64,000 bases of DNA from Cyclobacteriaceae bacterium (GCA_965224285.1 OZ245043.1:4323909-4387908), one strand, 5' to 3'; numbered from the stretch's first letter, positions 49,435 through 58,779 are shown. The notes: generated by a model not told the origin, from the letters alone. Program-made: numbers and translations.

Positions 49435-50153
49435 ATTTATTAATAAAGGAGCTAAAAAAAATTTTGGCCAAATATTATAATGTCTGGTATTTCCGTCGGT
49501 ACCGTAATCAGCCTGTAAAACAAGTTTTTCAAAATATATATTTGCAAAATTCCTGGAGATCAATAGATACTATCTCTGGTCCAGGCTCGGAGGAAGATCA
49601 AACAGCAGCACTAGTCTTAACACTACCTCGATTATTCGATCGCTATCAAGTACAAAGTCTTCTGGATTTACCGTGTGGTGATTGGAACTGGATGCAAAAA
49701 ACAAATCTAAAGGGGCTTGAATATACGGGCGCTGATATTGTACCGGAGATCATTGAACATAACCGTCAAAATTTCCAAAATAAATCAATCAAATTCATAA
49801 CGCTGGATCTAATATCGGAGAGCCTCCAAAAACACGATATGATTCTCAATCGTGACTGCCTGGTACATTTCAGCTACTCAGATGTGTTTAAAGCTCTTAT
49901 AAATTTGATACGGTCTGAATCAAAGTACCTACTTACTACTACCTTTCCTGGCAGGGAAAATTATGATATTACAACCGGTGGCTGGCGACCGATCGACCTA
50001 CAAGGTGAACCATTTAATTTTCCTCAACCCATAGAGTTGATTAATGAGAACTGTACCGAAGGCCGGGGAAGTTATCAAGATAAATGCTTAGCCCTTTGGG
50101 CACTTAATGATCTTAAAGGATTGGTGCCAGATGCCTGTTTAAAATTACCATAG
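49431..50153 (+). CDS. Class I SAM-dependent methyltransferase
   Basis: LLDLPCGDWNWM (motif I variant), YTGADIV and ILNRDCLVHF. The ATG overlaps the upstream stop (ATGA). Confidence 0.62.
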   Translation: MNLLIKELKKILAKYYNVWYFRRYRNQPVKQVFQNIYLQNSWRSIDTISGPGSEEDQTAALVLTLPRLFDRYQVQSLLDLPCGDWNWMQKTNLKGLEYTGADIVPEIIEHNRQNFQNKSIKFITLDLISESLQKHDMILNRDCLVHFSYSDVFKALINLIRSESKYLLTTTFPGRENYDITTGGWRPIDLQGEPFNFPQPIELINENCTEGRGSYQDKCLALWALNDLKGLVPDACLKLP

Positions 50154-51439
50154 TGTTTGATCAAAATGATACCACTTAAATAAAAGGGCAAAAGCTGTAT
50201 TTTATACCTCACTAGCGTTCCAAAATTGAAACTATTAAGTCCCACGGCGAATGCCAAATTTATGGTGAAAAGAAAACAAAATAGTATCAGAGGCTTTTGT
50301 GAAATTAATTTCACCGTGGTCGTAATACCTGGATTTAGCAGTAATGAGAATAAGATGATAGTAAAAACAGCAGATTCAAGAGCTGAAAGGGCCATTAAGG
50401 GGTTTCGGATTTCCCAGATGTAGGGTCTGAGTAAAGTCACCCCGATCGCGTTTGGGGCAATCTTAAGCATACTTTGATAAGTTCCGTCCAACTCACCCAA
50501 GTAATAAGCTGAACCCTCTTGAAGTAGGCTTATTCGATACAAATATTCAGCGTTGATCTTTGTTCGACCTGCAATATTGCTAATATCGTATTTGGCGTCT
50601 CCTTCAGTGACCGTAATTCCTGCGAAATAAGCCAACGATAAGCCAAGTATGATGAGAATAGGTTTCAGTATATGTTTAGATAATCGATTTCTTATTTTTT
50701 GCCCGTGCTCTGTGAAGACCCAATAAATTGCAGGTGGTAAAAATGATAATAAAATGTAGATCTTAACCTGATAGATAATATGAAAGGAAATAAGCATGAT
50801 TATCAAAGATCGAACTATATTGTCCTTGAGAATAAATCCGTGGTAGAAACCATAAAACATCCAACCTAACGCCCCTAAGGTAATCGTATCCTTCATTAAG
50901 CCAGACCCCCAAAAAAAAACTGAGGGTAAAAAAAAGAAAGCAAAACCAATCGGTTTAAATGACGATGGATTCTGTTTAACGAAAGTGAGGTAGGCTGCCC
51001 ACAATCCGGTAAAACTAAAAACAGCGAATAATACGGCTATGGAAGAGTAGGAGTTGAAACAAAACAACCCCAGAACTGCTGCTACTTTGATCACAAAATA
51101 CTCTGTAGGTGAATCGTACCAGTAAATCAACTGGGCGTACTTGAAGGTATCGGGGCGGAACTCACCGTTGCTAAAAAGCATTTTCAAGCCGATAATCGGT
51201 GATTCCCAGAACGCCTGGTAGATCACAGAACTTTGCTGGTAGTAATTGAAAGTATCCCCTCCCTGATAGTAGAATTGGTAAATGATCCCAAGCATTATGG
51301 CCCCAAATATCTTAAGTCCAAGCGCCGGCAAGAAGAATGGTCTGGTTTGCGGTGTGGTGTATTTATCTCTTAATAAGTAGGCCCCGACCATTACTACCAG
51401 GATCACTACCGGAGTGATCAATAAATCTTTAAGTACCAT
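50075..51439 (-). CDS. Polytopic membrane protein, candidate Wzy-type polymerase or other GT-C-like enzyme
   Basis: 454 aa, more than 10 hydrophobic helices and one large loop (TEGDAKYDISNIAGRTKINAEYLY...). It is the only candidate polymerase in the locus. The family was not recognised by motif. Confidence 0.45.
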   Translation of the reverse strand: MVLKDLLITPVVILVVMVGAYLLRDKYTTPQTRPFFLPALGLKIFGAIMLGIIYQFYYQGGDTFNYYQQSSVIYQAFWESPIIGLKMLFSNGEFRPDTFKYAQLIYWYDSPTEYFVIKVAAVLGLFCFNSYSSIAVLFAVFSFTGLWAAYLTFVKQNPSSFKPIGFAFFFLPSVFFWGSGLMKDTITLGALGWMFYGFYHGFILKDNIVRSLIIMLISFHIIYQVKIYILLSFLPPAIYWVFTEHGQKIRNRLSKHILKPILIILGLSLAYFAGITVTEGDAKYDISNIAGRTKINAEYLYRISLLQEGSAYYLGELDGTYQSMLKIAPNAIGVTLLRPYIWEIRNPLMALSALESAVFTIILFSLLLNPGITTTVKLISQKPLILFCFLFTINLAFAVGLNSFNFGTLVRYKIQLLPFYLSGIILIKHYGNFKQASGTNPLRSLSAQRAKHLS

Positions 51440-51517
51440 AAAAATTACTTAAATCATGGGCCAGAGAATTCCTAGAATTGCTACAATTTAAATTTACGCT
51501 TTATATTACTAATTTGC

Positions 51518-52009
51518 ATGAAAATACCAATGTCCTCCAAACCAAAACTCGACAGCACTGATCTTAAAATTCTGCGGATTCTCCAGGATAACGCTAAAAT
51601 TACCAATGCTCAGCTCAGTGTGGATATAGGCCTTTCGCCAGCCCCTACTTTAGAGCGGGTTAAGAAACTGGAAAAATTGGGCATCATCAAAAGCTATCAC
51701 GCCAAGCTCGACGAGCAGTTGCTGGGTTTGGAAGTGAGTACCTTTGTGCAGGTAACCCTGGTGGGACATAACAAGAAGAATATCCAGTTATTCCTGGAGG
51801 CCATTCGAGATATGGAGGAGGTGGTGGAGTGTCACCATATTACCGGTTCGGGTGACTTGATACTAAAGGTGATCACTAAAAATATTGCCTCTTACCAGGC
51901 CTTGATCCTGAATAAGATCAGCGAAATCGAGGTGGTGGATAACCTGCAGTCCATGGTGATCCTCTCTACTTTAAAAGATACCCCGCATTTACCCCTTATC
52001 AACCTCTAA
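51518..52009 (+). CDS. Lrp/AsnC-family transcriptional regulator
   Basis: HTH DSTDLKILRILQDNAKITNAQLSVDIGLSPAPTLERVKKLE plus a C-terminal RAM domain. Confidence 0.9.
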   Translation: MKIPMSSKPKLDSTDLKILRILQDNAKITNAQLSVDIGLSPAPTLERVKKLEKLGIIKSYHAKLDEQLLGLEVSTFVQVTLVGHNKKNIQLFLEAIRDMEEVVECHHITGSGDLILKVITKNIASYQALILNKISEIEVVDNLQSMVILSTLKDTPHLPLINL

Positions 52010-52518
52010 TGACAATAAAAGAAAAAAATGTCATTCTCAAGGAAGCTCAAATCCTGCAGAAGATCCGAAGAATGGCCTACCAAATCTACGAGCGAAATTT
52101 TCAGGAGCAAGGTTTAGTGCTGGTAGGGGTATATCGCCAGGGCTATCACCTGGCAGAGATGTTGGCTCAAGAACTGAAGCAAATAGCAGGATTCGATTTG
52201 CTGTTGGTAAAAATGAAGGTGGATAAGGAGAACCCGGTAGATAGTCAACCTGAGCTCGATGTTGACCTGGAGCAATTGGGCCAGGCTCCCATTATTTTAG
52301 TGGATGACGTGCTTAACACCGGGCGGACCATGACCTATTGCCTGAAACCATTTCTGCATCTGGATCTTAACAAATTGGAGATTGCCGTGCTGGTAAATCG
52401 CAGCCATAAGCAATTCCCTATTTCGGCTAATTATCAGGGTTATGAGCTGTCTACAACCATAAATGAGCACATAGAAGTAGTGCTGGACCGGAAGCAAAAA
52501 TTTGCCTTTTTACGATAA
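52009..52518 (+). CDS. pyrR: PyrR-like phosphoribosyltransferase family protein
   Basis: PRPP loop ILVDDVLNTGRTM and PyrR-like N-terminus KEKNVILKEAQILQKIRRMAYQIYE. The start overlaps the lrp stop (TAATG). Confidence 0.65.
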   Translation: MTIKEKNVILKEAQILQKIRRMAYQIYERNFQEQGLVLVGVYRQGYHLAEMLAQELKQIAGFDLLLVKMKVDKENPVDSQPELDVDLEQLGQAPIILVDDVLNTGRTMTYCLKPFLHLDLNKLEIAVLVNRSHKQFPISANYQGYELSTTINEHIEVVLDRKQKFAFLR

Positions 52519-52641
52519 TTGCCTCAGGATCAGTAAGCTATTTTTGGTATTTTTTCCAGATTTATTTATATTTTAACGAACTTTATCGTAATTTTACCCT
52601 ACCATATAGGATTATTCCTAGTAATTTTCGTCCAATAAGTC

Positions 52642-54183
52642 ATGCCAAAAGTTTCGAATATACAGACGGATATTCAAAAGGAGCTGCTGCGTTTGCGTCA
52701 GGAGGTAAGACTATTGCGCGAAAAAGATAAGCAAAGTGAGTCCAGTATACAGGAATTGCAGCAAAGATTGCTCAGCTATGAAATGGCAGCCAGCGGGGCC
52801 AATGACGGCCTATGGGATTGGGATTTAGTAAACGATGAGCTGTTTATCAGCAGCCCCTGGTTAAAGATGCTGGGCTATGACGAAGCTGAGTTCCCTAATC
52901 TCAGGGGATTGTGGGAGTCATTATTGCACCCGGATGACAAGGAAAAGGCAGTTCAAACTTTTAAAAAGTGTTTAAAAGGTGAATTGGATGAATATGACAG
53001 TAAATTCAGGCTTCGACATCGCAATGGTGAATACCGTTGGATACAATCAAGAGGGTTAGTTTTAAAAGATGCAAATGGTCGGGTGCGTAGAATTTCCGGC
53101 TCCCATACCGATATCACCGACAGTAAACAAACCGAAAAAGCGCTGGCTCAGAGTGAGACCAAATACCGCAATCTCTTTGAGAATTCCCTAATTGGCATGT
53201 TCCGTAGCTATGCCCGTACCGGTGAAATACTTGATGCTAATGCTAAATTTTGGGAAATACTAGGTGCAAAACCGACTCCCGGAGCTACTACTTTAGCCTA
53301 TTATGTAAACCCGGAGGATCGGGCTGATCTGCTGCGAGCTTTACGGGAAAAACATAAGCTTGAAGAACGCGAGGTCCAATTGAAAAGAGCGGATGGCAAA
53401 ACATTCTGGGTGACATTTTCCTCCGTATACTACCAGGATGACGACATCATCGAAACTGTGATGATGGACATCACCAAAATAAAGGAAAACTTGTTTGAGC
53501 TCCAAAAGCTCAATTACGAACTGGACAACTTTGTATACCACGCTTCTCACGATCTGCGTTCCCCCCTGCGTTCAATCATGGGATTGTTGAATCTTATGCG
53601 GCTGGAAGATACCAAGGCCGGACGCGAAAACTGTATTGAAATGATTGAAGGCAGCATCAAAAGGTTGGATAACCTGGTTATTGATCTGCTGCAGATATCC
53701 AGAAACAACCGGGTCAATAATCCTTTGGTGGAGATAAGTTTTATTACTGAGGTGAACAATAGTATCACTAATTTCTACCACGTAGAGGATTCTGAAGATG
53801 TAAAGATCCTTACTAAGATCTACGAGCCAGAAATTTTTAAGTCTGATCTCACACGGGTGCGGATCATCTTGAATAACCTGATTTCCAATGCCATCAAATA
53901 TCGCAGTAATAATCGTGAACAATCATACATTTCCGTAGAGATCCGCACAGACCGCGATCGGGCAGTGATTACCATTGAGGACAATGGTGAAGGGATACCC
54001 GAATCCAAACTACCCAGCATATTTGACATGTTCTTTAGGGCTACCGAAAATAGTCAGGGAAGCGGACTAGGTCTATACATTGTTAAAAACGTGATAGACA
54101 AATTAGGCGGTACCATAACGGTAGACTCCAGGGAAAATCAGGGCAGCACCTTCCAGGTAATTCTTCCTAATCACCAACACTAA
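52642..54183 (+). CDS. Cytoplasmic PAS-PAS sensor histidine kinase
   Basis: N-terminal coiled coil and two PAS modules (NDGLWDWDL...; FENSLIGMFRS...). H-box is YHASHDLRSPLRS. HATPase motifs are LISNAIKY and DNGEGI...GSGLGL. Confidence 0.88.
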   Translation: MPKVSNIQTDIQKELLRLRQEVRLLREKDKQSESSIQELQQRLLSYEMAASGANDGLWDWDLVNDELFISSPWLKMLGYDEAEFPNLRGLWESLLHPDDKEKAVQTFKKCLKGELDEYDSKFRLRHRNGEYRWIQSRGLVLKDANGRVRRISGSHTDITDSKQTEKALAQSETKYRNLFENSLIGMFRSYARTGEILDANAKFWEILGAKPTPGATTLAYYVNPEDRADLLRALREKHKLEEREVQLKRADGKTFWVTFSSVYYQDDDIIETVMMDITKIKENLFELQKLNYELDNFVYHASHDLRSPLRSIMGLLNLMRLEDTKAGRENCIEMIEGSIKRLDNLVIDLLQISRNNRVNNPLVEISFITEVNNSITNFYHVEDSEDVKILTKIYEPEIFKSDLTRVRIILNNLISNAIKYRSNNREQSYISVEIRTDRDRAVITIEDNGEGIPESKLPSIFDMFFRATENSQGSGLGLYIVKNVIDKLGGTITVDSRENQGSTFQVILPNHQH

Positions 54184-54245
54184 ATTAACCCTGCCGTATT
54201 CGGTTGCATGGGTTATTCAATTTATTTTTTATTTTTGGAGGCCGC

Positions 54246-55064
54246 ATGTCACAACATCAATCGGATATAAAACGAGTAACCACTCACCAATTACAGGCCA
54301 TGAAAGACAGGGGAGAAAAAATCTCTATGCTCACGGCCTACGATTATTCCATGGCCCGGATATTAGGGGATGCCGGGATCGACGTGATCCTGGTAGGTGA
54401 TTCCGCCTCAAATGTTATGGCTGGTAATGAAACCACACTACCCATCACCCTTGACCAAATGATCTATCACGCCAGGTCGGTGGTAAAAGCCATCACCAGG
54501 CCCTTTGTTGTGGTGGACATACCATTTGGCAGTTACCAGGGTAATTCTGAGGAAGCTTTGCGATCGGCCATAAGGATCATGAAAGAAAGCGGCGCTCATG
54601 GAATAAAGGTAGAAGGAGGGAAGGAAATTAAGAAATCGGTGCAACGGATATTGAGTGCGGGAGTTCCTGTAATGGGACACCTGGGATTAACCCCACAGTC
54701 TATTTTTAAGTTTGGCACTTATACTGTCAGGGCCAGGGAGAAAGAAGAGGCGGATAAATTGGTAGACGATGCTAAAATCCTGGAGGGTTGCGGTTGTTTT
54801 GCCATTGTTCTGGAAAAAATACCGGCGGAACTGGCCCGGCAAGTGGCAGAACAAGTGTCTATACCTATAATAGGGATTGGCGCCGGCCCACACGTTGACG
54901 GGCAGGTCCTGGTAATCCATGATATGCTGGGTATCACTCAGGAGTTTCAGCCGCGTTTTTTACGACGATACGCCGATCTTGATGCAGTTATGCGTAAGGC
55001 TTTTACCCAGTATATAAATGATGTAAAAACCGGGGATTTTCCCAATGACCAGGAGAGTTACTGA
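54246..55064 (+). CDS. panB: 3-methyl-2-oxobutanoate hydroxymethyltransferase
   Basis: [23 protein letters not shown] and GHLGLTPQS. Start set to ATG 54246. Confidence 0.92.
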   Translation: MSQHQSDIKRVTTHQLQAMKDRGEKISMLTAYDYSMARILGDAGIDVILVGDSASNVMAGNETTLPITLDQMIYHARSVVKAITRPFVVVDIPFGSYQGNSEEALRSAIRIMKESGAHGIKVEGGKEIKKSVQRILSAGVPVMGHLGLTPQSIFKFGTYTVRAREKEEADKLVDDAKILEGCGCFAIVLEKIPAELARQVAEQVSIPIIGIGAGPHVDGQVLVIHDMLGITQEFQPRFLRRYADLDAVMRKAFTQYINDVKTGDFPNDQESY

Positions 55065-55129
55065 GAAAATCTTTAAAATTTAAATATATAAATCAAATCG
55101 CCATCAGTGGATATTTAAAATGAACCAGT

Positions 55130-56356
55130 ATGAGTGAACAAAAAATTGTTATAGAAAACGGAAACCTGGTAGTTCCTGATAAACCAGTAATACCCTTTAT
55201 TGAAGGTGACGGCACGGGTGTGGATATTTGGCCAGCCTCCAAGTTGGTATTTGATGCTGCCGTAGCGAAAGCTTATGGTGGAGAAAAAGAAATTCAATGG
55301 AAAGAGGTGCTGGCAGGGGAGAAATCCTATAATAAGAATGGCAACTGGCTGCCAGATGAAACACTTGATGCTTTTAGAGAATACCTGGTGGGGATCAAAG
55401 GTCCCCTCACTACTCCGGTAGGAGGAGGTATTAGGTCTTTAAATGTGGCCTTGCGACAAAAATTGGATCTGTTTGCCTGTGTCAGACCGGTAAGGTGGTT
55501 TGAGGGTGTGCCCTCACCGGTTAAAGACCCGGGTTCTACCGATATGGTAATCTTCAGGGAAAATACCGAGGATATTTATGCGGGAATTGAATTTCAGGAA
55601 GGCACCGATGAAGCCGACCGATTCAGCCGCCTGTTTCGTGAGGCATTTCCGGAGAGATTCGATAAAGTGCGTTTTCCCGGTACTGCCGGCTATGGCTTAA
55701 AACCGATCTCCAAAGAGGGTACCGAGCGACTGGTGAAGGCTGCAATCGATTATGCCTTTGCTAAAGACCGGGATTCTGTGACCCTGGTGCATAAGGGAAA
55801 TATCATGAAATTTACCGAGGGAGCCTTCCGGGACTGGGGATATGCCCTGGCCAAAAGGGAATATGGGGCACAGGACTATGAAGGTGGCCCCTGGCAGGAG
55901 ATCGATAGAGATGGCAAAAAGCTTATTATCAAAGATGTTATTGCAGATGCTTTCCTGCAGCAAATTCTCACCCGGCCTAAAGAATACTCGGTAATTGCTA
56001 CTATGAACCTCAATGGGGATTACATCAGTGATGCCCTGGCTGCTATTGTGGGAGGAATCGGGATTGCTCCAGGGGCCAATATCAATTACACCACCGGGCA
56101 TGCCATTTTCGAGGCAACACATGGCACCGCCCCTAAATATGCCGGTCAGGATAAAGTAAATCCCGGTTCTGTGATATTATCGGGGGCCATGATGCTGGAG
56201 CATTTAAATTGGGACGAAGCTGCTCAACTTATTTACCAGGGTCTTAGCGCCTCAATCGCGGACAAAAAAGTCACATATGACTTTGAGCGATTGATGGAAG
56301 GAGCTACCTTACTTAAATGTTCGGAATTTGCCCAGGAAATTGTGAGTAATATGTAA
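55130..56356 (+). CDS. icd: NADP-dependent isocitrate dehydrogenase
   Basis: 408 aa with [26 protein letters not shown] and [10 protein letters not shown]. Confidence 0.93.
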   Translation: MSEQKIVIENGNLVVPDKPVIPFIEGDGTGVDIWPASKLVFDAAVAKAYGGEKEIQWKEVLAGEKSYNKNGNWLPDETLDAFREYLVGIKGPLTTPVGGGIRSLNVALRQKLDLFACVRPVRWFEGVPSPVKDPGSTDMVIFRENTEDIYAGIEFQEGTDEADRFSRLFREAFPERFDKVRFPGTAGYGLKPISKEGTERLVKAAIDYAFAKDRDSVTLVHKGNIMKFTEGAFRDWGYALAKREYGAQDYEGGPWQEIDRDGKKLIIKDVIADAFLQQILTRPKEYSVIATMNLNGDYISDALAAIVGGIGIAPGANINYTTGHAIFEATHGTAPKYAGQDKVNPGSVILSGAMMLEHLNWDEAAQLIYQGLSASIADKKVTYDFERLMEGATLLKCSEFAQEIVSNM

Positions 56357-56459
56357 TCCCAGCGTGCTTATTTCCGAATAATCAGCTATTAACAATTAGT
56401 CTTATTGGCTACCCATGAGTACAGGCAGCATTTGCGGGGTTTTGAGGACAAGGTAGGTC

Positions 56460-57086
56460 ATGAGCCACTATCTGCCGTTGTTCCCATTGAATTTAGTCGC
56501 TTTTCCGGAAGAAAAGTTGAACCTGCACATTTTCGAGCCCAGGTATAAGCAGCTAATTGGTGATTGTATGGATGGAGGGCGTCGGTTTGGTATTCCTTCC
56601 TACGTTAATTCCCGAATAGAATTCGGTACCGAAATGGAGATCCTGGAGATCTCTAAAACCTACGAAGATGGCCGCATGGATATTAAAACAGTAGGTCATC
56701 ATATCTTTAAAGTAGAAGATTATCAAAATCCCTGGCCGGACAAAGAATACGCTGGGGGTCACGTGATACCCCTTGAAAATATCTGGGATGTTGTACCGTC
56801 CAAGTTTCGCATGGTACGCCTGGTAGACCAATTGTATCAGCAACTTCAGTTGGAAGGAGAGATCCCCTATGATGAAGACACGCCGGTTTTCCACCTGGCC
56901 CATAAACTTGGTTTCAGTCTGGAACAGGAATATCAGCTGATGCAAATTACCAGAGAAAGTGAAAGAGTGGAGTTTGTAGTGGTACATTTGATGAGTTTAT
57001 TGCCGAAGCTCCAGGAGGCAGAACAGATCAGACAAAAAATTCAGATGAACGGACATTTCAGGCAGTTGGACTCCCCGGATTTTTGA
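56460..57086 (+). CDS. LON substrate-binding (Lon N-terminal) domain protein
   Basis: LPLFPLNLVAFPEEKLNLHIFEPRYKQLI signature; 208 aa with no ATPase or protease part. Confidence 0.82.
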   Translation: MSHYLPLFPLNLVAFPEEKLNLHIFEPRYKQLIGDCMDGGRRFGIPSYVNSRIEFGTEMEILEISKTYEDGRMDIKTVGHHIFKVEDYQNPWPDKEYAGGHVIPLENIWDVVPSKFRMVRLVDQLYQQLQLEGEIPYDEDTPVFHLAHKLGFSLEQEYQLMQITRESERVEFVVVHLMSLLPKLQEAEQIRQKIQMNGHFRQLDSPDF

Positions 57087-57109
57087 GGTTTTCCTAACCT
57101 ATAATAATC

Positions 57110-58618
57110 ATGAAAATCCTTTCCACGGAGCAAGTAAGAGCCGCTGATGAGTACACCATACAGCAAGGACCAATTAGTTCAATCGATCTGATGGAGCAGG
57201 CTTCCGAGGCTTTCGTTAAGGCCTTTGAAGATCTGGATTTGGGGGAACGACCAGTAAAGGTGGTATGTGGCACTGGAAATAACGCGGGAGATGGCATGGC
57301 AATAGCCAGATTACTGTTTCATAAAGGTTACCCGGTTGAAGTATGGGCCTTGGATTGGGGTAGTAAGGGTTCCAAGGACTTTATTACCAACAGAAACCGT
57401 TGGCAGGAGCTGGGAACGGTGATCCAGATTAGTAAGGCCGGTCAACTGCCAGCCATTGAGGAGGAGGATATAGTAATAGATGCTATTTTTGGTTCCGGTT
57501 TAAATCGAGAAATTGAAGGTTTAGCGGCAGGGGTGGTAAAGAAAATAAACCAATCTTCCGGGTTTGTTATATCTGTGGATATGCCTTCCGGATTATTTGC
57601 GGAGCGTGGAGGGCAGCAAAGGCATACCATAATAAAGGCAGACCACACCTTGAGCTTTCAAATTCCCAAATTGGCTTTTTATCTACCTCAAAATCATAAT
57701 TACGTAGGAGATTGGCAAATTCTGGATATAGGGTTGTCGGAGGATTTCTTAAAACAACAAGTCACTTCTTATCACCAGATTGATGATGAAATTTTGTCCA
57801 GCTTTGCTGGGAGGAAGTATAAATTCAGCCACAAAGGTGATTTCGGCCATGCCCTTATGGTGGCTGGAAGCCAAGGAAAGATAGGAGCGGCGGTATTGGC
57901 ATCAAGTGCTGCTCTGCGTAGTGGCCTGGGACTTTTAAGCGTACACATTCCCCAATGTGGTTATCAGATACTGCAGATCACCACCCCAGAGGCCATGGTG
58001 CAAAGTGATGCCCATACCGATCAGATATCCCATATTCCCGTTTCTGACAGCATTTCAACCATAGGCATCGGACCAGGGCTGGGTATGGAGAAAACCACGG
58101 TGAAAGCCCTTAGGGAACTGTTGGAAAATACTGATTCACCCATGGTACTGGATGCCGATGCCTTAAACATCATCAGCGGCAATAGGGAATTATTGGAAAT
58201 CGTGCCTCCCAATTCAATACTTACCCCACATCCCAAAGAATTCAAAAGGCTGGCGGGGGATTTTAGGGACGACTATCATCGCCTGGAATTACAGCGCGAT
58301 ATGGCCCTTAACTTTAAATTGGTAGTGGTAGTGAAAGGAGCTCATACTGCGGTGGCGCTGCCTGATGGCACCATATACTTTAATACCACCGGCAATCCGG
58401 GTATGGCGACAGGCGGCAGTGGGGATGTACTTACCGGGGTAATTACCGGTTTACTGTGCCGTTTGAAGAATCCGGAAGCGGCGGCGATAATAGGGGTCTA
58501 TGTGCATGGCCTGGCCGGCGACCTGGCAGTGGAAGATAAGGACCAGGTGGCTCTTATCGCTTCGGATCTGGTGGACAATTTAGGTGGAGCCTTTATGGCG
58601 CTTGGCTTACAGTTGTAA
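57110..58618 (+). CDS. nnr: Bifunctional NAD(P)H-hydrate repair enzyme (epimerase + ADP-dependent dehydratase)
   Basis: YjeF-N motif GTGNNAGDG and the C-terminal carbohydrate-kinase motif GNPGMATGGSGDVLTG. Confidence 0.9.
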   Translation: MKILSTEQVRAADEYTIQQGPISSIDLMEQASEAFVKAFEDLDLGERPVKVVCGTGNNAGDGMAIARLLFHKGYPVEVWALDWGSKGSKDFITNRNRWQELGTVIQISKAGQLPAIEEEDIVIDAIFGSGLNREIEGLAAGVVKKINQSSGFVISVDMPSGLFAERGGQQRHTIIKADHTLSFQIPKLAFYLPQNHNYVGDWQILDIGLSEDFLKQQVTSYHQIDDEILSSFAGRKYKFSHKGDFGHALMVAGSQGKIGAAVLASSAALRSGLGLLSVHIPQCGYQILQITTPEAMVQSDAHTDQISHIPVSDSISTIGIGPGLGMEKTTVKALRELLENTDSPMVLDADALNIISGNRELLEIVPPNSILTPHPKEFKRLAGDFRDDYHRLELQRDMALNFKLVVVVKGAHTAVALPDGTIYFNTTGNPGMATGGSGDVLTGVITGLLCRLKNPEAAAIIGVYVHGLAGDLAVEDKDQVALIASDLVDNLGGAFMALGLQL

Positions 58619-58694
58619 TTTTTTTAACAAAAATTAACCCTAACGAAAAAAAACTTGAATTATTATTTCTTATTTTTGTAATATAATGTGCAAA

Positions 58695-58742
58695 CCTTAA
58701 GAGTAATTTCTTCGTTTTAGCTATAAGAAATGCTTCTTAAGG
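58695..58742. repeat. 48-nt imperfect palindrome / hairpin upstream of the T9SS mini-gene
   Basis: The outer 8-bp arms CCTTAAGA (58695-58702) and TCTTAAGG (58735-58742) and the inner 7-bp arms ATTTCTT (58706-58712) and AAGAAAT (58725-58731) were verified base by base. The loop is 12 nt. Confidence 0.55.
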
Positions 58743-58751
58743 AAGGCAATT

Positions 58752-58767
58752 TGGCTTATTATTTGCT
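58752..58767 (+). promoter_or_regulatory. Sigma-54-like -24/-12 element (weaker match)
   Basis: TGGCTT-ATTAT-TTGCT has correct GG-N10-GC spacing and a perfect -12 box, but TT replaces AC at -24. The implied TSS is only ~2 nt before the ATG at 58780. A chance match in AT-rich DNA is possible. Confidence 0.3.
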
Positions 58768-58779
58768 ATATTATACTAT

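Noticed and set aside
58616-58636. Hairpin TAATTTTT-ttaac-AAAAATTA right after nnr, considered as a terminator.
   Set aside because: The stem is entirely A/T and thermodynamically negligible, and no G/C clamp is present.
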